From Anthoceros angustus (Eukaryota; Plantae; Anthocerotophyta): DNA of 64,000 nt. Below the pieces are notes generated by a model, which worked only from the letters and a program-made list of their open reading frames with translations, was not told the DNA's origin and ran no database searches. A program made the position numbers and the translations under genes. The stretch is from positions 1,364,001 to 1,428,000 of the forward strand of contig MU008162.1 of NCBI GenBank assembly GCA_010909165.1. The letters run 5' to 3'. Of this stretch, positions 22,376-32,695 are shown one piece after another; positions within the stretch are counted from its first letter, which is position 1; every line of letters starts with the position of its first letter.

Positions 22376-24147
22376 CACCTACAGCGCAGTTCTGTGTGCT
22401 GCTTCCTTAATTGTGAACCTCAAGAAGGCGAAAAATGCCATCTGCTCCAGCAACACACAAAAAGAGTGGTTCCCTAGACAGAAAAAAAAAAACTGGTTCA
22501 GGAATACATATGCAAAGAGGCAAGCCACTGAGAAGTTCAGCAAGGAAAAAACACCGGCATTCAGCAGTACAGAGAGCTGATCGGGCAAAGACATCCATGT
22601 GGGCTTACCATCTGTGGAGTCCTTGTCATGGCCCACACCTCAGCTGGTGCTTCTCGAAACAAGATCAGCAAATACCTGCCCTATCGCAAACATGTAATAC
22701 GAGAACAAATTGGTACACATTGTCCCTGACTGCTACTGCCCCCCCCCCCATCTGACCATAGAGTTTGATCAAACCGTCTGTGCTAAGTTTGCAACAAAAT
22801 CCGCAATTCTCTACCTTCTAGGAGGGGACGTTCGTAAAGCACGCATTGGTGCATGCTCAGGCTTCAGCAAAACTCGGAAAGCTTTGCTTTGTCCACTACG
22901 TACACACGTTACCATCAGCTTATAGATAAATCCACCACCCGTACCTTTCACCTCCAAAATTGAACACCCCCAGATTTCAACTCGTAGGCGTTGTGTCCTC
23001 CATGCAAAGAATAAAAAATTTTGTTGCTGCAGCTTATTTGCATGAAGAGAATCAAAGACTTTGTTGAAGTAACCTCAGTAAAGGAGAAAGACACAAGCCG
23101 GGAATTCCCCCTTCAGCTGCAAGCGTTACCTCGTGAAAACTGCTCTACTGAACCAGTGGAAAGACGCACTGGCTCGCTGGCGCGTAGGAGGAGAATCTTG
23201 CACGGAGGCTCCTTCACCTATTCCTGGACCTTCCTAAAGTATGGCTGACAAGAAAGACATGCTACAGGATTATGTGGTTGCTGGAAAGGGCTGACGATGT
23301 CGGCGTCGCAGGCAGGTGCTTTGAGTACTTGATGCAAGAGGAGTAGAAGCATTGGCTGAAGCACTCTTCTTCTTCTGGCAGCGAATTTCGGACGCCCTAT
23401 CAGAGGGCGCGGACGAGGGAATCGAGATCTGTGACGATATCACCCAACGGGATGCCTTGCTTCAGAGTTTTCATGTATTCGAGAAGATGTTCCGTAATCC
23501 ACATGCGCGTCACCACTTTCGAGTACTCAAACGTAGGGAAACTAGGGGTTTGGATATGGCTTGTCCTGATAATAGTACCCCATGGCCAAAGCTTTGTGTG
23601 GTATATCAGGGCATTCTCGGATGGAACGGGTGAACCGAAGCTAGCCATCAAGATCTCTATTGCGCGTGCAGATACGGGAAGCAAACTCAGACGAATAAGG
23701 TTCCAAGCAAGTATGTCACATGCAATGCTGTCCAGAAGCAAACGTATCTAGTGGCTTGTCTCTCTGTGACCCCGCACGATGGTAGTGTTATGCACAGCGA
23801 ACGAGGCTGTTATCGCATTTGCTGCTGGGTCCACTAACTCTAGGGTCCCTCCTTGAGTAGCCAATGCAACAAGGGTGCTGCTAGCATTAGAACCACCTGA
23901 ACCATAGAGATCCATGGTAGACATCTACCATATTAATTATCCCATGTACAAGAAGAAGGACGGCAGCATCGACTACGTTGAAGTGGAGTTACAGAATATG
24001 AAGGAGTGGAAAAGAGCGAGTGCAAGACTTCGCAATACCAAAGAGTGAAGACTCAAAAACGAGAACGTAAGGTGCCAGTACCATACAAACATCATCTAGA
24101 TCTCAGTTCGTTTGGCTGATCATAGTGAAAGCCGTCGCGTGGTGCAG

Positions 24148-24902
24148 CTAAAGGTGTGCGATGTCAAGAGCTGGTGCTTGTTGATTGAAGGCCTTCCTCC
24201 TACGACAGCCAAGCATCAAGTTGTGTGTCATCACCATGACTCGAGAGTGCCATCAACCAGTCGAATGATTCGAATTATTAAACACCCTTACCTGCACAAT
24301 TCCTCAAAAAGACACCTCACCCAATGCCACCGAACAAATCACGGACAAAGACCTCGATGTAGAATACGTCGTTCGAAAGCGCTGCAGATGTATGAATCAT
24401 ATAAATGGCGATCAGCACACATGCATACACAAGTCATTCAGCCAATTTGGAGCTGGATCGGACAAGCACAAGCACAAGCAAAAGCAGCGTACAATAAACT
24501 CCCATTTCACAATCTGCAAACTGACACGGACCTGCAGTAGGAGGATCTGCAACAGCGCTGGACACATTCGGCATTGCGATGGAGACGGTGCTGCCAGTTT
24601 TAAGCTCAACTGCACAGACGGAGCTCAATTATAGCAGATCTGTTTGCACCTGAAGTGAAAACGAGGGATGGCAGGTACAGCACCGGCCAACACATGTACA
24701 GGAATCCAGGCTCACCGTTATTAGCTTGGAAAAGTTTAACACCATTCCCTCGGGAGAAACTGATGTCGGCCACCACAGAATCAGCTGCCATGGCCAGCTC
24801 CGCGAAGCAGGAAACCAGCAGCACGGCGGCCAGGAGCAGCACCGGTACCGCCGAGCGGGCCGAGACAGCCTTCAAGCCAGCTGCTGACCTCGGTCCTGCC
24901 AT
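24148..24902 (-). CDS. Putative small secreted protein of unknown family, 4 exons, ~125 aa
   Basis: Signal-like PVLLLAAVLLVSCFAELAMA. Exons 24902-24716, 24609-24532, 24381-24321 and 24199-24148 are all GT-AG and phase-consistent. TATA-like element at ~25095. Confidence 0.55.
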
Positions 24903-25430
24903 TTCTCAGCGCTGGAAGATTCAATACGCGGAGCTGGGGTGCGGGCTGCAATGGGAGCTCCACAACGCCGAGTTTCGCAGTGCGGAATGCGATGAACTCA
25001 GATTTCAGGCGTCGAGCCTAGCTTGTAAAAGGTGGTGTGAACTTGTGGATGTCCGAGATCGCAAGATCGCAAGCGCGGGGGCCCGCAGTGGATGTATATA
25101 GTGGCAAGCCGGTCACCTCTTCTCAAGCCTGCCATCTTTGTGGACTGGTGCTCGAGGTTCCCACACCTGTACTTGGCGCTTTTTGGGTCATCCAGTAGCC
25201 TTGCTGGTCGCGTACGGCATGATATATTATATAGTCTTACCCAATTGCATGTGATGAGGCGAGGATTCGAAGAGATTGCGTTTCGCTCACATTGAATGTC
25301 GGTGTTTGGCACTATGTACAAGCGTGTGTATGTGAAACGTTGCGGCCACCACCTAACCGTTCAGTCCGTTAACGTTTGATATCTACCGAGATAGGAACCG
25401 TGCCCTAAGGTCTAGGATTATTGGCTTAAC

Positions 25431-27120
25431 ACTCCCACTTAAAAACAAACTTCTTTATCCCATAGGGCTGTATGTTGCTGGTGCTTGACGGAGGTAAGTG
25501 CCTTGATTAGCACGTCGGCCAGTCATCAATTCTATTGGTGAATATAAATCTTCAAATTTACCATCTTCTATCACTTGAAGTGGAATTGAACTTCTATGTG
25601 CTTGGTCCTCGTGTGGAACTTCATATTATAAATAAGTGCTATAGCACTTGAACTATCGCAATATAGCAGCCTTGGTATCTGATGTGCTTCCTCGAGTTCG
25701 GATAGCTGCAAAAGCTGTCATAGGCCTTCCTTGCAAGCGTGAGTGAGTGAACAATAATCTCAGCTTCGGTTGAGCTGAGTGCCACCACCTATTGTCACTT
25801 GGTGCTTTAGCATGTTGTTGTACCAACGAGCATGTAAAAATAGCTGCTTGTGCTTTTTCTTTTGTTAGCATTCCCTACCCAGTCAACATCGCTGTAACCC
25901 TCAAGTTGTAGAGGTTCACCTGTTTGGTCGATGACTGGTATAGGAGTCGGGTGTTTAGTGTTGCTCTCATATATCTAAATATATACCTGCTTGGCCGCTT
26001 TCCAATGAGCTTGGGTGCGAGCTGCTAGGAACTTAGATAATGCTCCCACTGAATAAGCGACTTCTGGTCTAGTGCAAACCATAAGATACATGAGGCTCCC
26101 AATATAAGAGGAATATGGCGGCTTCCTCTTCGCTGAACTTCAGGTTAGGTTCCATACGTGTGGAAATAAGTTTAGATGCTAATATGTTGTACTTAGTTAG
26201 AACTTCCCAAATATACTTAGACTTATGAATGAAAATACCTCTAGTTTTCCTATCTCTTAAAATTTGAATGCCTAAACAAAATGAAAGTTCTGGGCATGTT
26301 GTCATAGAAAAGCTCTTTGCAAACATTCATCTACTGTCCTCTAAGATGGCCTTAGAATTAGATATAAGAACGATGTCATCAACATAAACTCCTAGCACAA
26401 TGAAGTGGTCACCTGATCTCTTAGTATAGATGTTACTATCCGAGTGTAGTCTAAGATAAGGATTAAGCAAAATAGAATGCCTGTAAATTATTAAAGTCAT
26501 TATATGAGCTTAAACAAAGCACGATGAAATGGTATTTAAACTAGATGTTAGTCTCAAGTCTATACCCTCTGGTATTTCCATATAGATGGTCTGGTCGAGA
26601 TCACCGTATAAGAAGGTTGTCTTGATATCTAGTTGCATAAGCCTGTAGTCACGATGAGAAGCTAAGGCCATAAGAATCTTTAATGAAGTTAGTTTTAGTA
26701 CGGGACTAAAGGTCTCATCTAGTCGAAACCATATTTTTGAGAATATCCTTTTGCCACTAATCTAGACTTGTACTCTCTATGCTACCATTAGCATTTAATT
26801 TGATTTTAGAAGTACTAAGGAAGTTAGTGTCCAAGTTTTATTAGCTTTTAAAGAATCTAGTTTTGACCTTATTGCCTTCTTCCAATTTTCTGAATTATTG
26901 ATATTAATATGAGGAGTATTATTAAAATGAAGGCTTCTGCTTGTGAGAGATTTAACTCCTTGTAGGAATTGCACTACGTTCACCCAGGATTCCGGTAGGG
27001 TGTAGATTAAGAGGCCTGTAGAGAGGTACTTAGTGATGGCAAAGTCTGTGGCCTGGAATTTGCTTGCCCAGCTTCTATAGTTAATGGTATGATGGTCTAC
27101 CTAGACCCCTTGGCTCATTC
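25431..27120 (-). mobile_element. Degraded Copia RT/RNaseH remnant
   Basis: Broken frames NWKKAIRSKLDSLKANKTWTL, LSFCLGIQILRD, ALSSAQPK; PPT-like CTCCCACTT next to ...TTAACA at 25430. Confidence 0.85.
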
Positions 27121-27339
27121 GCAATCCAAAAAAGTTTTTAATTTCGTGCACTGTGTGCAAAATGACTGTAGATGCGTATGGACATACATAATTTACATAA
27201 TCTACTTAATATGCATGTAAAATAAGTAAAATAAGTGTAAAATACCAAGATTTCAAGTAAACATACGTAATATATTACTAATATGTAATTTGTATGTAAA
27301 ATACTATAATTTTCAGTAAACATGCATGAAAATAAACTT

Positions 27340-28500
27340 ATAAGCTCAAAATGGAGGTAGATTCTCCTTCTTCATTATTTCCACTCTCCACCGCAGACTT
27401 CCCTTCTTCATTGTTCTCCATTTCACCATGGCGGACATCTTCCATGCCAATTTTTGCAACCACTTGTATAGGTTCAAGGCTTTTTAAACTTGTACGCTAT
27501 CCAACTCTCTCAATATGTGGCTTCGATAGTAGCATTGTGTAGTTTTAACAATATTATTATGATAGACATAAACAACCATGTCCATCATAGTTCTTGCTCT
27601 ATTATCACGCCAAACATGTTTCCATGTGCTCAATTTCTTTCCCCAATTATTGCAGTTGGAGGAATGTTCAACAACTTCATTGCTACATCTACAAGTTGTG
27701 CACATTCTTCTACATACGCTTCCCACCATTCCACATTATTATACATCAACTCTTCTTGAAAATGCAATTTACCAGGTCTAAGCGGATAGTAATTGAACTG
27801 CAACATAACACAACGAACTTCTCTAGTATTAGGTGCCAACTGCTTCATAACCTGCTTACCTTTCAATCTATCAATAGTTGAAATGCTAGGCAGCAACTTC
27901 CTATGCTTCGGATCTAACATTGCTGCAGCAATAAAGCAATCATGCCAACCAAATTCCTTGCGTGCAATCCACAAATCCAGCAGGTGCAGAACAACTTCAG
28001 AGAACATAGCAAAGTCACTTCCCCTTTGTCTAGGATCACTGTCCTGTGTTAACAATTGACCAAAAATGATAGTAGTCTGCTTGTTGAAATGTGTATCCAG
28101 CTTCTCTAACATCCAATATGCATCCCCCAAAGTTATTATTTCCCCCTCTAGTTGATGTGTGACATCACATATAGGTTGAAATACAGCAATTAAATACTTC
28201 ACATCCAGCCAAAACGTTCCACCACTATCTGTCATCCTGTGAGCAATTCCCAAACTTTCATCATATGTAGGAAACGCAGGATCATCCACCAGTGCGAGAA
28301 TGGCTTGCTTGTTAACTATCAAGCTACTCATACTTAAAAGGAAGCTAGCACACCTGGTCTTCACATCCTTTTGCAACTCCCGCTTGCTCTTCAGTATGCG
28401 TCGTATTTTTTTAAGCAAAGCATGTGAAGCTATCTTTGCTCCTCAAGCCATATTTCTCGCAAAACCCTCCTTCATATCGTTCATGCCGCCACCCGCATTC
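27340..28500 (-). mobile_element. hAT-like transposase remnant (C-terminal half with dimerisation domain), frameshifted
   Basis: ORF 27630-28418 has AAMLDP and WWEAY..LVDVAMKLLNIPPTAIIGERN, continuing in another frame as W..LSTW..V..NRAR..MVVYVYHN. This is the hAT C-terminal signature. Confidence 0.75.
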
Positions 28501-28809
28501 CACAATTCATCTTAAGCCGCACTTGCAAGTGTGCCAAAGCCATGTGCGCTCCAGTCTACCTTACGGTACAAAAGTCATCTTACCTTATCTAACTACTGTA
28601 ATTATTATGATAGTAAAATATAGTAAAATACTGATTTTTACATATATATAAGTTTATAATAAATAGGTAATTATATATCATGCAATTATATTTTCGTTAT
28701 CATAAAATATAATAGTAAAATACTATTCTACCTTATGATGATAATTACCATCATAATTATTACGGCCCTGGGGTCTTACCCGTAATACTCACAAGCCTAT
28801 GCCAAATAA

Positions 28810-28867
28810 ATTCTTATAAATGTGTGTCCAAATGGCCTAGGCCAAATGGACACACATTTATAAGAAT
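28810..28867. repeat. 58-bp near-perfect palindrome (20-bp arms)
   Basis: ATTCTTATAAATGTGTGTCC-AAAT-GGCCTAGGCC-AAAT-GGACACACATTTATAAGAAT. Confidence 0.9.
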
Positions 28868-28873
28868 GCCGTG

Positions 28874-28925
28874 ATTAAGCATCCTGAGCTTGGATCGGTA
28901 TTAAGCATCCTGAGCTTGGATCGGT
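28874..28925. repeat. 26-bp tandem duplication
   Basis: ATTAAGCATCCTGAGCTTGGATCGGT x2, adjacent to the palindrome. Confidence 0.9.
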
Positions 28926-29816
28926 ACTTAGATGGGATGCCTAAAGGGAGTGGATGCCCTTGGTGCAAGTAGCTTAGGCACACCATGGTACAAGTTGTTA
29001 AGTACCAAGTCCCATGACGGAAATCCGTCCTTAGTGGACTTAAATAAAATTCTTCTTCTTCTTCTATGCAGCTGAAGGAGGGTGATTGTTTGGGCATTAC
29101 AAGCTTTTATGGTCCTTGACGTCATACCAAAGAAAGCCGCACTTGTTCACAGCAGGAGGATCAGTCAATTTGTTCAGTTTGATCAACCTAATGACACCCA
29201 CCAGATGCGATGCTGTGTGGGCTCAAATAAATGTATCTGATTTGTCGGGACGTCAAGGACACCATTCTGGTGGAACTCTCTGTCCGCACTATGAGCTGTC
29301 CACACTATGAGCAGTCCATCCGGTGGTGATGTCACTTCCTTTGTCTCTGGATCTGACCTGATACATAAGTCGTCAGCTGAGATCAATACGTTTGTATTAT
29401 TCTCAAGCCGCTCATCTCATCTGCTCTGCAGATTCCTGTGAGGCAGTGCAGGAAAATGCAATATTTCTTTTTTGGAATCTAGCTTGTGATATCACAGATT
29501 CTTGGCAGCAAGTTTTTGTTGGGCATGGCCCGCTGCTATCAGCACTGAAAAGACCCGACATTTGCCTTCCGAGGTTAGGGGAGCTGAGTGTGTCATCTTC
29601 AAAAGCTGGATACGAGGACCCTTCCAGTGCCCAGAATGTTTTACAAAACAACACCAAGAAAGAACCTACAGTGAAAGTGAGCCCTAAGAAGACAAGACCT
29701 GTTGAGGACGATTCCTCAACACTCTGAACAGACTCAGAGCTCTTCTGGACACTGCTGTTCGATGAACAGTCATCTTCAACAAGCTTGTGACATTCCGTGA
29801 AACCTAAACTATACAT

Positions 29817-31085
29817 CTATCCGTGGACAGATGCACGTCCGGGCGCGATGAACTTGGGATAACTGTCGGTTGGTGAGTTATTGGTCTGGCAACCCCGGGT
29901 CCACGAGTCAGATAAGGTGTGATAAGCGATGACCTCCGCCTTCACTTCCTTGTGGAAAACAAGCATCAACAGTGTGTCGCCAACAGCCCATACGTCCGCC
30001 ACCCTCGAACAATCCCTCAACTCCTCCGGTGGGCTGGAGACAAGCGTCCACACTGTACTGTCGTCCTCCAACTTGAAGATGGTGCGGTCGGGCAGCACTG
30101 TGAACAGGGTCTCGCTGGGATAGCTTGGGACAAAGTACACATCTTTCCAAGAAACACTCGGATTGACAGGCGGCACTGTGCTGATATACTGGGCCTTTGC
30201 GCTCAAGCGCACCAGTACATATAGCTGTGTGGTCCCCAAGCCCCGATGCTTCAGCAAGGCATAGATGAACCGCCTACTCAGAAAATAGCAGTACAAACGC
30301 AGGCCGCCCACAGCCAAGTCCGCGCCCATATCCAATCCCAGCTGATCAATCGACGACCGCGGAATGGGAAAACTGCTCCACGTCATCGGCGGCATTCCGT
30401 TGGCAGAGCTGGAGCAGATGAAGAAGCCTTCCGCACCGCGATCCTGTGGAGTGCGGTACGACAGGGCAATGCGGAAGCTGTTATCTCCGTCCACAACCAT
30501 GGCCAGGTCACCCACATTGTCCTTCCACCGAAGAAGAGGAAGCTCCTGACAGGGGGTTTCCTCCACAGGGTTGAAGACGAAGATGCGCATACCGCCCAAG
30601 CCGCAGCCGCACACGATCAGTGCCAGGAGGCCACCTTGTGCGCACCAATTCCATTCCTGCTTCAGATCCGCCTCGTCCACATCCGCCGGGAGGATCATCT
30701 TCGCCACCTTCAAACGCTCCACGGTATCAAAGGCTTCCAAGGCACTGCACACAGCCATAGTTTTACCTGAGCGCAATGCTATCAAGGCGGTCTGGTCCCG
30801 GAATCGGGAAGACATGATGAGCTTCCACCATAGCTTGCACACAGTGCAGAAGCGAGCTTGGATGACGGCTGGAAGGAACAGCAGCACATTCTCCATCACA
30901 GTTTCTGGAAGCTCCGCCCAAATTTCACTCATCTCGATTGCCGGGGCTGGCGTAGGAAACGCCTCCTCCAGCAGAGTTAAATACATCATCGGCTGCCCTT
31001 TGGTATGGCTCTGAGAGCGCGAAACCTCCTCGCTTCCTTCTGCGGTCACCACATTAGGAACAAGAGCCCCAGGGACACCTGCCAT
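29817..31085 (-). CDS. F-box protein with beta-rich (kelch/FBA-like) C-terminus, intronless
   Basis: IWAELPETVMENVLLFLP...ARFCTVCKLWWKLI.S..F is a canonical F-box; IFVFNP...LPLL follows. Confidence 0.85.
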   Translation of the reverse strand: MAGVPGALVPNVVTAEGSEEVSRSQSHTKGQPMMYLTLLEEAFPTPAPAIEMSEIWAELPETVMENVLLFLPAVIQARFCTVCKLWWKLIMSSRFRDQTALIALRSGKTMAVCSALEAFDTVERLKVAKMILPADVDEADLKQEWNWCAQGGLLALIVCGCGLGGMRIFVFNPVEETPCQELPLLRWKDNVGDLAMVVDGDNSFRIALSYRTPQDRGAEGFFICSSSANGMPPMTWSSFPIPRSSIDQLGLDMGADLAVGGLRLYCYFLSRRFIYALLKHRGLGTTQLYVLVRLSAKAQYISTVPPVNPSVSWKDVYFVPSYPSETLFTVLPDRTIFKLEDDSTVWTLVSSPPEELRDCSRVADVWAVGDTLLMLVFHKEVKAEVIAYHTLSDSWTRGCQTNNSPTDSYPKFIAPGRASVHG

Positions 31086-31646
31086 TGTCCTTACAACACC
31101 AAGGCGCAGAGTCTCCGGGCTGAAGCGGGGCTCCTCTGGAGCGGAGAGTCTCCAGGCTCAGACGATTCTGCAGCACAGCGAGAGAGAGCAGGAATCGGGT
31201 TTGAACAAAAACGGGCATTGAAAGGAAACCAGTCAGCTCGAAAGCAATGACCAGACCGCCATCGCAGACTGGCGGGGGGCAGAGGCGGCTGCCCTGTTGC
31301 TAAGCAAGGAAGACGGCGAAGGCCATTTTAGGGGAAAACAATCACGTCACCGGGGAGGATGGCGTACGTTTAAAACGTACCTACGTAATAAGAGATGGTT
31401 TGCCAGTTGTTGCGGCTTCGAAGTTTGAACCAGTGTACAGCACAAGCATAATGCAACCGTCAGGCTCAGCAACCTTCAGTTGAACAATCTGGACTGCAAA
31501 AAATATATGCCAAAGACCAGAAAAGTTTGGCAACGTATGCACAGTCCCTCCCAAGATCATCGCGATCGCCCCGTTCTCGTACGGGTCCACCTTCCTGCTC
31601 CTCAGCCGCCATGGCCGGCTGCCCCCCAAAGGCCCCCGCCAGCCCC

Positions 31647-32170
31647 GTTTATCGTTCTGTTTGGAATGGCACAGCTGGTGCGGTCTCAGTTCCTGATATC
31701 TACTCCCTCCGTGTTTTCAACCTCTTCTGCATGTGCTGCACTGTGGGGTTTGCAGCCATTAGTGCGGCCATGTCCATCCACAACGGCTTGTCCACATCCA
31801 TGGTTCTTTGCTCGAAGGATAGACCAGAATCTTTGCTATCTTTCCTTATCTTTCCTCCAGAACTGTTTCATCGTCTTTGTCGTATGTTGCAGGAAAGATG
31901 ATCGATCGATCAAGCGTCGACTATGACTTAGACGGCTCAACACTCAGCAAGGCGTTTGGAATGTTCAGCGCCCTGGGAACAGTCGACTTCTCCTTTGGTG
32001 ATGCTATGCTGCCAGCAGTACAGGTGACAGAAATACAGGAGAAACGTGTACAAGGGTGTACAAGGTCCCTTGAACATGTTTCTCCTAAATTTCTCCATCC
32101 TTGGATCCGTTGGGGCAGTGCGATTTATAGCAACAGATGTCACAACTTACAAGTTCTTCGAAGATCTTTG
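31647..32170 (+). pseudogene. Truncated, internally deleted copy of the amino-acid transporter 3' half
   Basis: 31647 onward matches 15911 onward (exon 4, intron, exon 5), then jumps to the last exon ending GAAGATCTTTGA. It has a frameshift and large deletions. Confidence 0.92.
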
Positions 32171-32695
32171 AAGCACGCAGCCGGGTGTACCCAACGGTGA
32201 GGCTTTCCAGGTCTCCGGCTATCAACAACTGCAGAAAATCAGCCTAAAAAACAGGTCCCATGTATATTATCTCAACTGACACCTGGGGACTGCTCAATAC
32301 AGCAGTCTACATGATGGACCATCTACCTCATGTACAAAGCTCTGGCTTGGACAGACCTCTTTTAGTTCGCATCCAAAAGCTGTAAAGCTGAAACCTGTTA
32401 GTCACCTGATCATATTCTCCACACTCGAAGCAACCTTTCGGAAGCGAGACAACGAAGTTAAACATCTGACTTTATTTTTTCAGTTACAGTGGATAGATAG
32501 AGCAATGGAGACGTCCCCAGGAAGAGGGATCGACGCTGAACTTATTTGTATGGGATGGTTAAATCAACAATCTGGAGTATATCTACACTCTTTCAACAGA
32601 ACCAGCCCCTGTTTTACCTGATGTGGATGAAAGGCATCAACGAAATCTCTTGCACAGGGAGCACAATAGTGAGCCAAGAACCGAGGAATAGCATC

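Larger units (their letters stand above)
17220..23907 (-). pseudogene. Fragmented duplicate of the 3' two-thirds of the WDR11 gene
   Basis: Pieces 17220-17759, ~18680-18872, 22381-23107 and 23768-23907 match 32310-33200, 34980-35270, 36410-37055 and 37068-37215. They show deletions, a micro-inversion and TE insertions, with no 5' exons. Confidence 0.9.
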
